This document shows, piece after piece, positions 17,835-27,357 of a DNA stretch of 64,000 nt. Position numbers and translations under genes: made by a program. The first letter of the stretch is position 1. Each line of letters begins with the position of its first letter. The notes under the pieces were generated by a model that saw nothing but the letters and a program-made list of their open reading frames with translations, was not told where the DNA came from and did no database searches. Source of the DNA: Verrucomicrobiota bacterium (GTDB lineage: Bacteria > Verrucomicrobiota > Verrucomicrobiia > Chthoniobacterales > UBA10450); NCBI GenBank assembly GCA_019244415.1, contig JAFASN010000112.1:2265-66264 (forward strand), read 5' to 3'.

Positions 17835-18392
17835 ATGGCTGCCGCGAACGATCTCCGCAAGGGAATGGCGATTAAGTACAATGGCAACACCGCCATTGTC
17901 CTCGAAGTGCATCATCGCACGCCCGGTAATCTCCGCGCCTTCGTGCAGGCAATCATTCGTTACCTGAACACCGGCAAAAGCGCGGACGTGCGCTTCGGCT
18001 CGACCGACAAAGTCGAGCTGGTGGACATTAACCGCAGCACGCTTGAGTTCAGCTACAAGGACCCGAACGGTTACCACTTCATGGATCCGCAGACCTACGA
18101 AACCGTCACGCTCCAGGACGGCTTACTCGGGGACGCGAAGGATTTTCTGGTGGAAAATTTGCCTGTCACCGTACTCTACGCCGAGGGCAAACCGGTGCAG
18201 GTGGAATTGCCCTCATCCGTGAGCTTGAAAGTCATCGAGTCAGCGGAAGGCGTTCGCGGTGACACTGCCAGCAACGTCACCAAACCGGCCAGGCTCGAGA
18301 CTGGCAAAACGATCAACGTGCCGCTGTTTATTAAAGAAGGCGAAACGATCAAGATCGATACTCGTACCGGAGCCTACATGGGCCGGGCGTAA
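17835..18392 (+). CDS. efp: elongation factor P
   Basis: 185 aa with KGMAIKYNGNTAIVLEV, YHFMDPQTYETV, GVRGDTASNVTKPARLETG and PLFIKEGETIKIDTRTGAYMGRA. Confidence 0.9.
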   Translation: MAAANDLRKGMAIKYNGNTAIVLEVHHRTPGNLRAFVQAIIRYLNTGKSADVRFGSTDKVELVDINRSTLEFSYKDPNGYHFMDPQTYETVTLQDGLLGDAKDFLVENLPVTVLYAEGKPVQVELPSSVSLKVIESAEGVRGDTASNVTKPARLETGKTINVPLFIKEGETIKIDTRTGAYMGRA

Positions 18393-18436
18393 ATTTCGCA
18401 CCGGCACTCCATCCTTGAGTACTCGGCGTGAAGGAG

Positions 18437-18703
18437 CTAGCGCCGCGTGATGGCCAGGCGCAGCTCGTGCACGTAAGCGGGGTTTACCTCGAAACAGGTG
18501 CCCGGCATTTCTGCCATATCGATCTGCTCTGTGTAGGGAATGCTTTCGACAAAGCCCGCAGCGATCAGGCCATTGAGCGTGTCGCTTACGTCTTCGAGCT
18601 CCATTTTGGTAGCGTCGAGGATTTCGGCGCCGAGCATCGATTCGGCGAAACCGAGCGCGCGAACGACGGCGGCCTCGCGGCCTGATAAACGGACATTCCG
18701 CAT
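18437..18703 (-). CDS. hypothetical protein (88 aa)
   Basis: ORF with protein-like composition, convergent with efp. No family recognised. Confidence 0.45.
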   Translation of the reverse strand: MRNVRLSGREAAVVRALGFAESMLGAEILDATKMELEDVSDTLNGLIAAGFVESIPYTEQIDMAEMPGTCFEVNPAYVHELRLAITRR

Positions 18704-18879
18704 GATGAGAACAGAATTAAGCAGGGCGCGTGCCGAATTCTATAATTACCATAATCCGCCTTCGGGAACGCCGGCGATCAAAAATGCCGTCGTTAGCTGC
18801 GGGGCGCGGCAAAACCGTCGCTCATCCCCAGATCGGGCCCCCCTTGAATCAACCGAGGCCGCTGGTAAACTCTCGCGCT

Positions 18880-19215
18880 GTGACGAGCAAGGCGCTGACA
18901 CGGGGCTTGTGGGTGGCCGTACTCGTGGCTCTGCTCGGACTCACGTCGCCTCGGATCGGTTTCGCACACTCCACCCCGGCGAGGAAGCATCAGTGCTGTG
19001 CCCGGATGCAAATGCCGGTGCACAATAACCATTGCGGAGAACACCCCGCGAAGGCCCCGCAATGTTGTGGTGGCTGCGCCGTAGGGCTCTCGCTCTATAG
19101 TACGGCTCCTGCCCGCTTTATCTTTCCCCACACCGCCGGCGAAAATTTCGCGGCTGACGTTTTCAGCGAAGTTTCTCGCGTGGAACGCCCGGCGATTCCT
19201 CCGCCACGCGCCTGA
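18880..19215 (+). CDS. Cys/His-rich putative periplasmic metal-binding protein (111 aa from GTG)
   Basis: GTG 18880 gives TSKALTRGLWVAVLVALLGLTSPRIGFAHS (signal/TM), then HQCCARMQMPVHNNHCGEHPAKAPQCCGGCAVG. The upstream part of the 18730 ORF looks non-coding. Confidence 0.5.
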   Translation: MTSKALTRGLWVAVLVALLGLTSPRIGFAHSTPARKHQCCARMQMPVHNNHCGEHPAKAPQCCGGCAVGLSLYSTAPARFIFPHTAGENFAADVFSEVSRVERPAIPPPRA

Positions 19216-19278
19216 GCTGTCATCAGGCGGCTCGCCCGGTTTGCCGGCGAGATATTTTTGTACTTAACAGGAGGACCT

Positions 19279-19407
19279 ATGAAATACCTTTTCATCATCA
19301 TTGCTGCTTTGGCTGTGGTCGGGACGGCGACTGGGACTTCGCGCACGGCGGAGTGTTGCGCCGCGAAAGCCTGCTGCTCGAACGGAAGCCACTGCTGCGC
19401 TAAATAG
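19279..19407 (+). CDS. small secreted peptide with three vicinal Cys pairs (42 aa, not in the ORF track)
   Basis: AGGAGG 6 nt upstream of the ATG. MKYLFIIIAALAVVGTATG/TSRTAECCAAKACCSNGSHCCAK is a Sec-type signal peptide plus a 23-aa CC-x4-CC-x6-CC tail. A GC hairpin follows. Confidence 0.55.
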   Translation: MKYLFIIIAALAVVGTATGTSRTAECCAAKACCSNGSHCCAK

Positions 19408-19426
19408 TCGCGGTCTGAGTGAACGG

Positions 19427-19454
19427 CCCCGCCCGTTCTTCGGGCGGGCGGGGC
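19427..19454 (+). terminator. GC-rich hairpin after the small Cys-rich ORF (weak U tail)
   Basis: ccccgcccg-ttcttc-gggcggg(c)gggg followed by ctttcat. The stem is clear and the T tract is poor. Confidence 0.3.
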
Positions 19455-19584
19455 TTTCATGCGCAGCGAAGCAAACGCGCGTGGAGAGCGATGCGGGAGG
19501 GCGAGCGGGTGCTCGTTGCGCAGCTCGCCATCAGCCGTTCAGCCCGGCGCGGGAAAAACAACTCACCAAAGTTTCCTCATAAAC

Positions 19585-21021
19585 TTGAACCGAGCTTACT
19601 TCGTCATCATGGCCTCGCTGCTAGCGATCTGCAGCGTCGCCGCGCAATCAACATCGCCAACGCCGTCGTCGGTGCATTCAGCACATCAGCAGTACACCTG
19701 CGTCATGCACCGAGAGGTCGTAAGCGATCGGCCCGGTAAATGTCCGAAGTGCGGCATGGAATTGGTGCTCAAGACCGAGGCGGCGTCCATCCACGTTCCT
19801 GCTGAGCGGAAACGCGGGCACGAGCACGAGCACGAGATGATGATGAATTCCTCCGTGAACCTTGCCGATCCCATGGCGCGCGAGGGTTCCGGCACGAGCT
19901 GGCTGCCCGATTCTTCACCGATGTACGGCCGCATGTTCATGCTTGGCGACGATACCCTCATGCTGCACGGGGCAGCCTTCCCGCGTTACACCAATGTGAG
20001 TACACGTCGCGGTGACGACCGCATCGACGCGCCGAACTGGCTGATGGCGATGTACTCGCATCCGCTCAATGACAACGCGCAACTCGGCGCGCGCATTATG
20101 CTCAGCCTCGACCCACTCACGGAAGGAGGACGCGGTTATCCGCTGCTCTATCAATCAGGTGAATCGTGGCAGGGCGAGCCGCTGCACGACCGCCAACATC
20201 CGCACGATCTGTTCAGCGAGTTATCCGTTTCCTACTCGCAAAAAATCGCGAGCGATCTTTCCGCGCTGTTGTACTTCGGTTATCCGGGCGAGCCCGCGCT
20301 CGGGCCGCCTACGTTTATGCATCGGCCTTCGGCCATGGACGATCCCGATGCACCGCTCGGCCACCATTGGCAGGATTCCACCCACGTCACGTTCGGTGTG
20401 GCGACGGCCGCCTTGCAATGGCGCACGCTTAAACTCGAGGGCAGCATTTTTACCGGGCGCGAGCCGGATGAAAACCGCTACGATTTCGATCGTCCACGTT
20501 TCGATTCCTACAGCGGTCGAATCTCCTGGAACCCGACGCCTGATCTGGCGCTGCAATTTTCCCACGGCTATTTACGCAGCCCTGAAGCGACCGAGCCGGA
20601 TGCAAATGTGCACCGCACCACCGCGTCCGTTTTGTACAATAAATCGCTCGGCGCTGACGCAAATTGGGCAAGCACGTTTGTGTGGGGGCAGAACAACACC
20701 ACCCACGAAGGCGCGACGGAGTCGTTTCTGCTGGAATCAAATCTTCAGCGCGGGCGCGACACGGTTTACGCGCGGGTCGAGCGCGTGGAAAAATCCGCGC
20801 ACGAGCTCGTTTTGCCGGAAGAATTTCACGACGAAATTTTTCCTCTCTACTCGGCGTCGTTCGGTTACGTGCGCGACCTGACTCACGCCAAAGGCATCGA
20901 CGTCGGGCTCGGTGGGCAATTCACCATCAGCCATCGCCCGAGTGAGCTGAACGCAGTTTATGGGAATGAGCTCGGCTACGGCTTCCAAATTTTTCTGCGC
21001 GTGCGTCCATCGCGGCACTAA
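19585..21021 (+). CDS. heavy-metal-binding zinc-ribbon domain fused to a putative outer-membrane beta-barrel protein
   Basis: TTG 19585 or ATG 19609 gives the signal peptide ..FVIMASLLAICSVAAQS. YTCVMHREVVSDRPGKCPKCGMELV is the YxCPMH..CPxCGM motif seen at N-termini of Cu/Ag efflux proteins. About 400 aa of alternating beta-strand-like sequence rich in His/Asp follows. Confidence 0.6.
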   Translation: MNRAYFVIMASLLAICSVAAQSTSPTPSSVHSAHQQYTCVMHREVVSDRPGKCPKCGMELVLKTEAASIHVPAERKRGHEHEHEMMMNSSVNLADPMAREGSGTSWLPDSSPMYGRMFMLGDDTLMLHGAAFPRYTNVSTRRGDDRIDAPNWLMAMYSHPLNDNAQLGARIMLSLDPLTEGGRGYPLLYQSGESWQGEPLHDRQHPHDLFSELSVSYSQKIASDLSALLYFGYPGEPALGPPTFMHRPSAMDDPDAPLGHHWQDSTHVTFGVATAALQWRTLKLEGSIFTGREPDENRYDFDRPRFDSYSGRISWNPTPDLALQFSHGYLRSPEATEPDANVHRTTASVLYNKSLGADANWASTFVWGQNNTTHEGATESFLLESNLQRGRDTVYARVERVEKSAHELVLPEEFHDEIFPLYSASFGYVRDLTHAKGIDVGLGGQFTISHRPSELNAVYGNELGYGFQIFLRVRPSRH

Positions 21022-21077
21022 CCTTCTCCGCTCTCGAGACAATTACGCTGCTTTTTCCCGCGCGACGATAGAGCTCG

Positions 21078-21293
21078 TTAGAAATTGAATCCTGGCGAAG
21101 TTCGCACCGGCTGCGACTCGGGCGCGTCGGGGTTTGATTCGCCGGGCACAGCGCTGGTGCCGGTGGCACTATTGCTCGTACTCTCGTCCAGCGTGCTACA
21201 GGAAGCGAAGGTGAAGGCGACGAAGAACGCGATAATCAACCCGCAGCACGTTTTCACCCGCGAAACAATGCAAAGGCACCGATGAATTTCCAT
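21078..21293 (-). CDS. small putative lipoprotein
   Basis: MEIHRCLCIVSRVKTCCGLIIAFFVAFTFASC has a lipobox-like FASC, followed by a Ser/Thr/Pro-rich tail. Confidence 0.4.
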   Translation of the reverse strand: MEIHRCLCIVSRVKTCCGLIIAFFVAFTFASCSTLDESTSNSATGTSAVPGESNPDAPESQPVRTSPGFNF

Positions 21294-21344
21294 CGCTCCT
21301 TGTGAACCATGCATCGCGAGACGGAAAGAACTCCCATGCTCAGC

Positions 21345-23033
21345 TTACGACTTTTTTCCCGGCCCCCAAAGCGCTCGCCCTGGCTTCGCGCCGGTGTGTT
21401 CGCCATCCTTCAGCACCTGTACTCCGTTGACAAAAACGTGCTTCACGCCGGTCGCGTACTGCGCCGGTTTTTCGTAGGTCGCGTGGTCGGTGATCGTCGC
21501 TGGGTCAAAAACAACGACGTCGGCGAACATTCCGTCTTTGAGGAAACCGCGATGGTCCAAGCCGAGATTCGTCGCGGGCAGCGCGCTCAGGCGCCGCACA
21601 GCTTCGGGTAATGTGAGTACTTTTTCATCGCGGCAATATTTGCCGAGCACGCGCGCGAAATTCCCGTAGGCACGCGGATGGCAATTCGACTTGGTGAAAG
21701 GCGGCTCCGGCGCCTGCGAAGCTTCATCCGAGCAGAACGAAATCCACGGCGTGGCCAGCTCTTTCTTCACGTTTTCTTCCGACATCAGGAAGTAGATGGT
21801 ATCCACGCGCGACTCGTCTTCGCTGATCAAGTCCATGATTGTCTCGACCGGATCTTTGCCGCGCATCCTGGCTACTTCAGCCAGTGTTTTTCCAGTCAGC
21901 GGCTTGAGTTTTTCTGACTTGAAGCCGACAAGGAGAATCCGGTCTGGCGAGCCGGCCGCGAGGTAAAGATTTTCCCATTTATCGCTGTCCACTTTCACTT
22001 CCGCGGCAATTTTCGCGCGAGTGGCGGGATCGCGCAGGCGCTTGAACAACGCGGGGTAACCGCCGTCTTCCGTCCACGGCGGCAAAGAGGCATCGAGCCC
22101 GGTGCCGCCGGCGGTATAGGTGTACATGTCGGCCGTGATTTTCAGTCCATCTTTCTGCGCCTGCTCGATCTTCGCCAATAACGCATCTTCTTTCGGCCAA
22201 TTTTTCTGCCCGGCTGCTTTGATGTGATATACCTCGGCCGGGATGTTCGCCTCGTTGCTGATGCGCAGCAATTCATCCAGCGCCTGAAGCAACTGGTTCC
22301 CTTCGCTGCGCATGTGCGAGATGTACTTTCCCTGGTACTTCGCGGCCACTTTGCACAGCTCGATCAGCTCATCGGTTTTCGCATAAAACGCCGGCGGATA
22401 AATCAGCGAGGTGCCGATGCCGAGCGCGCCATCTTCCATTGCGCTGCGCACAAGCTCGCGCATCTGGTCGAGCTGTTGCGGCGTGGGTTGCACGTCGTTT
22501 TCGCCGAGGACGTACTCACGAACGGTGGTCGCGCCGAGGAACGACGCCACATTACAGGAAACGCCCCGCCCTTGCAGATAGCGCAGGTACTCAGCCAGGG
22601 TGTTCCATTTGATGTCGTACTTAATGTCGCCCTGCTGTTCCAGCATCCGCTTCTTCATGCGCTCGTTGAGCGGCCCCATCGATTCGCCTTCGCCCATGAT
22701 CTCTGTCGTCACGCCCTGGCGGATTTCGCTTTGTGAACGCCCATCCTGAATGAGCGACTCGGTGGACCAGGAAAGCATGTTGATAAATCCCGGCGCGACG
22801 GCGAGCCCGTGCGCATCAATCACATTTTTCGCGCTTGCGTTGGCTAAATCCCCCACGCCTGCGATGCGGTCGGCGCGAATAGCGACATCCGCGACGCGTC
22901 CTTCCGAGCCGCTGCCGTCATAAACCGTCCCGCCTTTGATCAGGTAATCGAACGGCACATCAGCAAAAACCGAACTGGCCATGACGAGAAAAGCAAGAGA
23001 AGCATTCAATCGCATGGCGCTGGTGTAGCGCAA
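21345..23033 (-). CDS. N-acyl-D-amino-acid deacylase (D-aminoacylase) family amidohydrolase, secreted
   Basis: Signal peptide, [47 protein letters not shown]-terminal [21 protein letters not shown]. Confidence 0.85.
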   Translation of the reverse strand: MRYTSAMRLNASLAFLVMASSVFADVPFDYLIKGGTVYDGSGSEGRVADVAIRADRIAGVGDLANASAKNVIDAHGLAVAPGFINMLSWSTESLIQDGRSQSEIRQGVTTEIMGEGESMGPLNERMKKRMLEQQGDIKYDIKWNTLAEYLRYLQGRGVSCNVASFLGATTVREYVLGENDVQPTPQQLDQMRELVRSAMEDGALGIGTSLIYPPAFYAKTDELIELCKVAAKYQGKYISHMRSEGNQLLQALDELLRISNEANIPAEVYHIKAAGQKNWPKEDALLAKIEQAQKDGLKITADMYTYTAGGTGLDASLPPWTEDGGYPALFKRLRDPATRAKIAAEVKVDSDKWENLYLAAGSPDRILLVGFKSEKLKPLTGKTLAEVARMRGKDPVETIMDLISEDESRVDTIYFLMSEENVKKELATPWISFCSDEASQAPEPPFTKSNCHPRAYGNFARVLGKYCRDEKVLTLPEAVRRLSALPATNLGLDHRGFLKDGMFADVVVFDPATITDHATYEKPAQYATGVKHVFVNGVQVLKDGEHTGAKPGRALWGPGKKS

Positions 23034-23065
23034 TGACGGCGCCGGGTCGAGTACTCAACGCGACT

Positions 23066-23269
23066 CTACATGGGCGCGAGTGGCGGCCGTTCCGGCGGCT
23101 CGGCGCGGAGCGTCTTCTGCGTGTGCGTACTCGTATCGATCATCGTCTCGGTGCTTGGGCTCTCATTCGCACAACCGCATAACACGCCGGCCAGCACGAG
23201 AGACAGCATGGCTGCCGCAAGTTTCCTCCTCAGTACAGCGGAATCGCTCGCCTGTTCACGAGTTTTCAT
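23066..23269 (-). CDS. small putative lipoprotein
   Basis: [30 protein letters not shown] (lipobox-like) from the internal Met of the 23066..23356 ORF. Confidence 0.4.
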   Translation of the reverse strand: MKTREQASDSAVLRRKLAAAMLSLVLAGVLCGCANESPSTETMIDTSTHTQKTLRAEPPERPPLAPM

Positions 23270-23385
23270 CGGATCACCTGCACCTTCGCCGGGCGATTTG
23301 CGCCCTGCAAGTTTCGGCATCCGTGGTATTGCCCTTACGCGCAAAAGTACAGGCAACGCCAGGGTGTGTTACGTTCAACCCGGGG

Positions 23386-25692
23386 ATGAAATCCGCGCAT
23401 TCGTGTGACTCAGAGAAGGACGCGACCAGCGGCGCACCCTGTCATGCGCACACCGCGGTTCCGAACGAGCGGCCCGCGAAAAAATATTTGTGCCCGATGT
23501 GCGCCGGCGTCGAGAGCGACAGCCCAGGCACTTGTCCCAAATGCGGAATGGCGTTGGAATTAAACCCAACTTTCCGGAGCGCGAACAACGTCGTTTACAC
23601 CTGCCCGATGCATCCGCAAATCGAGCAGGACCGTCCCGGTACTTGCCCGATATGCGGGATGGCGCTCGAGCCGAAAAATGCGGGTGACTTGGAGGAAAAT
23701 CCTGAGCTGCGCGACATGACGCGACGGTTCTGGATCGGCGCCGTACTCAGCCTGCCGGTGTTCATCGTTGCCATGTCGCACATGCTCCCTTCGGCGCCGC
23801 CTTGGGTGCAGGGTGATTTCTCTCGCTGGGCGCAGTTTGTCCTGAGTACGCCGGTCGTGTTCTGGTGCGGCTGGCCGTTCTTCCAGCGCGCGTGGCAGTC
23901 GGTCGTTAACCGCTCGCCCAATATGTTTACGCTGATCGCGATCGGCGTGGGCGCCGCCTACGGCTACAGCGCCGTGGTCATGCTGCTGCCATGGATTTTT
24001 CCACCGTCGTTCGCGGCACACGGGACCATTGGCATTTACTTCGAAGCGGCCGCGATCATCACCGTGTTGGTGTTGCTTGGTCAGGTACTCGAATTGCGCG
24101 CGCGCAGCCGCACCGGCAGCGCCATTCGCGCCCTGCTCGATCTCGCACCGGCCACTGCTCGCCTGGTGCGCGATGGCGAAGAGCACGATGTGCCGCTGAA
24201 TGAAGTACGAGCCGGCGACCATCTGCGCGTGCGGCCGGGCGAAAAAGTGCCGGTCGATGGCCGCGTTACCGAAGGCCGCACGAGCATCGACGAATCAATG
24301 CTCACGGGCGAATCGATGCCGGTGGAAAAAGCGGCCGGCGATCGCGTAACGGGTGCGACGTTGAACCAAACCGGCAGCATCGTCATCCAAGCGGAGCGAG
24401 TGGGCAGCAAAACGGTGCTCGCGCAAATCGTCGAGATGGTTGCACAAGCGCAACGCAGCCGCGCGCCGATCCAGCGCCTGGCGGACAAAGTCGCCGGCTG
24501 GTTTGTGCCGGCGGTGATCCTGATTGCGCTCATCACATTTTGCGCGTGGGCGCTCGCCGGACCTGAACCGCGGCTCGCCTACGCCATCGTCAACGCCGTG
24601 GCCGTGCTGATCATTGCCTGTCCTTGCGCGCTTGGGCTCGCCACACCCATGTCGGTGATGGTGGGAGTTGGCCGCGGCGCGCAAGCCGGCGTGCTCATCA
24701 AAAATGCCGGAGCCATCGAGTTGATGGAGAAGGTGAGTACGCTGGTGGTAGACAAAACGGGCACGCTCACGCAAGGCAAGCTCGCCGTAACCGGAATGAT
24801 CACCAAGGGCGCCGTGACCGAAGAGGAACTGCTCCGGTCGGCCGCCGCCGTCGAGAAAAACAGCGAACATCCGCTCGCCCGTGCGTTGCTGGAAGCGGCG
24901 ACGCAACGCGGCATCAGCATTCCGGCAGCGGCGAATTTTGAATCGATCACTGGCGGTGGCGTCGTGGGCGAGGTTGCTGGTCAGCGCGTGGTGGTGGGAA
25001 AGGAGAAGTTCCTTCGTGAGTACGAGATTAAGGACTTGGACTCGCTCGAGGAACGCGCCGCCGCGTTTCGAGCTCAGGGCAACGGCGTCATCTTCGTCGC
25101 CATCGGCGGCCGCGCAGCCGGCATCATCGCGGTCGCGGATGAAGTGAAGGAAACCGCTGCCGGCGTCATCCAGGAACTGCATCGGCTCGGGATCAAGATC
25201 ATCATGCTGACCGGCGACAACGAGCGCACCGCGCGTTCCGTCGCGCAGAAGCTCGGGATCGACGACGTCGAAGCTGGGGTGGAACCGGAGCAAAAGTACG
25301 AGCGCGTCCGCGGATTACGTGGGGAAAACAACGTCGTCGCCATGGCGGGCGACGGGATCAACGACGCGCCGGCGCTTGCCGCGGCGGACGTCGGCATTGC
25401 CATGGGCACCGGCACAGACGTGGCGATGGAGAGCGCTGGCATCACGCTGCTGAGCGGTGATCTGCGCGGCATCGAGAAGGCAGTGCGTTTGAGTCGCGCG
25501 ATGATGCGCAACATCCGGCAGAACCTGTTTTTCGCGTTTATCTACAACTCGTTAGGCGTGCCCATCGCGGCGGGCGTTCTCTACCCATTCTTCGGCATCC
25601 TGCTCAGTCCGGTACTCGCGGGCGCGGCGATGAGCTTTAGTTCCGTGTCAGTAATCGCGAACGCGCTGCGATTGCGTTCGGCGCGCCTGTGA
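23386..25692 (+). CDS. copA: copper-translocating P1B-type ATPase with two N-terminal metal-binding zinc-ribbon motifs
   Basis: [25 protein letters not shown] and [26 protein letters not shown], then TGESMPV, CPC ([13 protein letters not shown]), [17 protein letters not shown]. The start is set at ATG 23386, because the longer ORF overlaps the opposite-strand lipoprotein gene. Confidence 0.92.
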   Translation: MKSAHSCDSEKDATSGAPCHAHTAVPNERPAKKYLCPMCAGVESDSPGTCPKCGMALELNPTFRSANNVVYTCPMHPQIEQDRPGTCPICGMALEPKNAGDLEENPELRDMTRRFWIGAVLSLPVFIVAMSHMLPSAPPWVQGDFSRWAQFVLSTPVVFWCGWPFFQRAWQSVVNRSPNMFTLIAIGVGAAYGYSAVVMLLPWIFPPSFAAHGTIGIYFEAAAIITVLVLLGQVLELRARSRTGSAIRALLDLAPATARLVRDGEEHDVPLNEVRAGDHLRVRPGEKVPVDGRVTEGRTSIDESMLTGESMPVEKAAGDRVTGATLNQTGSIVIQAERVGSKTVLAQIVEMVAQAQRSRAPIQRLADKVAGWFVPAVILIALITFCAWALAGPEPRLAYAIVNAVAVLIIACPCALGLATPMSVMVGVGRGAQAGVLIKNAGAIELMEKVSTLVVDKTGTLTQGKLAVTGMITKGAVTEEELLRSAAAVEKNSEHPLARALLEAATQRGISIPAAANFESITGGGVVGEVAGQRVVVGKEKFLREYEIKDLDSLEERAAAFRAQGNGVIFVAIGGRAAGIIAVADEVKETAAGVIQELHRLGIKIIMLTGDNERTARSVAQKLGIDDVEAGVEPEQKYERVRGLRGENNVVAMAGDGINDAPALAAADVGIAMGTGTDVAMESAGITLLSGDLRGIEKAVRLSRAMMRNIRQNLFFAFIYNSLGVPIAAGVLYPFFGILLSPVLAGAAMSFSSVSVIANALRLRSARL

Positions 25693-25694
25693 CT

Positions 25695-26384
25695 TCACCA
25701 CAGTATTTGCTTGCGGCGTTTAATGAACTGGCCGGTGAGCTCGTGCGGCGCTTCCGTTGCGAGCCAGACGATTCCAGCCGCGCCTTCTTCCACGGAGAGG
25801 CTCGCATTCGCTCCGCCCATGTCCGTGCGCACCCAGCCTGGGCAAACAGAGTTCACGGCAAACTTGGGCAGAGCGGCCGCGAGCTGCACGGTGACGCCGT
25901 TCAGCGCCGTCTTTGAAATGCAGTAAACGGGCGCCCAGCCATCCGCGCCGTCGGTCAATTGTCCGCCGCTGCTCGAGACGTTGATGATGCGCGCCGCGCG
26001 CGATTTCGCCAGCAACGGGTGAAATGCCTGTGCGACCAGGAGCGGCCCGAGCGTGTTCGTGCGCAAGGTGGTCTCAAAGTGATCCGCTGTGGCTTTTAAG
26101 ATCGCCTCGTCGCCATCAACAATGATGCCGGCATTGTTTACCAGCACATCGAGATGATCAGTACTGCGGGCGAGCTCAGCCGCAGCGTCGCGAATGCTCC
26201 GACGACTCGAGACGTCCAGTTTCAAAAACGTGGCGCGCTCGCCGAGCTTCGCCGCGGCTTCGCGCCCGGCCTTTTCATTTCGCGCGCCGAGAAAGACGCG
26301 AAAGTTTTTGGCGGCAAGCTGCCGCGCTACTTCAAAACCAATGCCTTTATTTGCGCCGGTGACCAGCGCGACCTGCTCGTTCAT
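25695..26384 (-). CDS. SDR family oxidoreductase (carbonyl-reductase-like)
   Basis: VALVTGANKGIGFEVARQLA (TGxxxGxG), NNAGI, YCISKTALN (YxxxK). Confidence 0.88.
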   Translation of the reverse strand: MNEQVALVTGANKGIGFEVARQLAAKNFRVFLGARNEKAGREAAAKLGERATFLKLDVSSRRSIRDAAAELARSTDHLDVLVNNAGIIVDGDEAILKATADHFETTLRTNTLGPLLVAQAFHPLLAKSRAARIINVSSSGGQLTDGADGWAPVYCISKTALNGVTVQLAAALPKFAVNSVCPGWVRTDMGGANASLSVEEGAAGIVWLATEAPHELTGQFIKRRKQILW

Positions 26385-27321
26385 TCGACACGATACACCG
26401 CGAATCCTCTCTCGTGCGTTTCCTCGGATTTAAAGCGATGAGTCGGCGCAGCGCGCGCATGTTCGCCACGTCTTCGGTCAACTCCTTGCCTTTCGGCGTC
26501 TCGAGTACCTTCGGGATTTTGCGGAAACGCGGCGCATTCATGATGTGACGAAAGGCCTCGAGCCCAATCTCCCCTTCCCCGATGTGGGCGTGGCGATCGA
26601 CGCGAGACCCGCGGCCGGTTTTCGAATCGTTGATGTGAATGGCGGCGAGCCTTTCGCGCCCGAGTACGCGGTCGAATTCGCGGAACGTTTTCTTCACGCC
26701 GGCATGGGAGCTGATGTCGTAGCCAGCGGCGAAAACGTGGGCGGTATCCAGGCAGACGCAGAGCCGCTCGGGCTCGCGCACATTGGCGATGATGAACGCG
26801 AGCTGCTCGAAGGTGTGACCGAGGCATGAGCCCTGTCCGGCCGTCGTTTCCAGCGCGATTCTCGTTTTCACCTTCGGAACGCAGCGAAACACTTCGTCGA
26901 TCGACGCGGCAATTTTGCGCAGGCCCGCTTCTTCGCCCGTGCCCATGTGTGCGCCCGGATGCATCACGACAAATGGCAGCTCGAGCTGGTCGGCGCGCAT
27001 GAGTTCTTCGGCAAGGGCGCGAATCGAGTTCGCGTGAAACTGTGGGTTAGTGGCGGCGAGATTGATCAGGTAATTGACGTGGGCAAAGACGGAAGCGAGC
27101 TGCCAGCGTTGCGCGTGGTCGATAAAGCTGCGGATTTCCTGCGGCGTGAGCGGCCGGGCAAACCACTGCATGTTGTTCTTCACGAAAATCTGCATGGCTG
27201 TGCAATTGATCGAGCAGGCGCGCTCGATAGCCGCATGCACGCCGCCAGCGATCGACATGTGAGCACCGAGCAGAATTTCTGATGGCTGATTTGCGCTTTG
27301 TCCCACGTGCCATGCTCCCAA
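26347..27321 (-). CDS. nfo: deoxyribonuclease IV (endonuclease IV)
   Basis: LLGAHMSIAGGVHAAIERACSINCTAMQIFVKNNMQW aligns with E. coli Nfo YIGAHVSAAGG..FTKNQRQW. Also HPGAH, LETTAGQG, CLDTAHVFAAGYD, IHINDSK. The exact start (TTG 27321 or GTG 27306) is uncertain. The 3' end overlaps the SDR start by 38 nt. Confidence 0.88.
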   Translation of the reverse strand: MGAWHVGQSANQPSEILLGAHMSIAGGVHAAIERACSINCTAMQIFVKNNMQWFARPLTPQEIRSFIDHAQRWQLASVFAHVNYLINLAATNPQFHANSIRALAEELMRADQLELPFVVMHPGAHMGTGEEAGLRKIAASIDEVFRCVPKVKTRIALETTAGQGSCLGHTFEQLAFIIANVREPERLCVCLDTAHVFAAGYDISSHAGVKKTFREFDRVLGRERLAAIHINDSKTGRGSRVDRHAHIGEGEIGLEAFRHIMNAPRFRKIPKVLETPKGKELTEDVANMRALRRLIALNPRKRTREDSRCIVSNERAGRAGHRRK

Positions 27322-27357
27322 ATCAGAAATCAGAAATCATATATCAGAGATCATCAG
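27320..27357. repeat. degenerate tandem AAATCAG heptamer tract
   Basis: aaatcagaaatcagaaatcatatatcagagatcatcag, read directly. It fills the gap between the AsmA-like stop and the nfo start. Confidence 0.7.

Noticed and set aside
23080-23385. N-terminal 102-codon extension of the copA ORF
   Set aside because: It overlaps the minus-strand lipoprotein gene and has a non-protein-like Ser/Arg-rich composition. The Met at 23386 is followed almost immediately by the metal-binding motifs.
24295-25293. 332-aa minus-strand ORF inside copA, and similar long antisense or alternate-frame ORFs (39637..40791, 57705..58913, 52650..53456, 16318..17133, 20069..20881, 54511..55386, 38971..39558, 55370..56128)
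   Set aside because: All lie opposite or out of frame to genes with strong family signatures. They are Arg/Ala/Pro-rich, as expected for shadow ORFs in GC-rich DNA, and carry no recognisable motifs.
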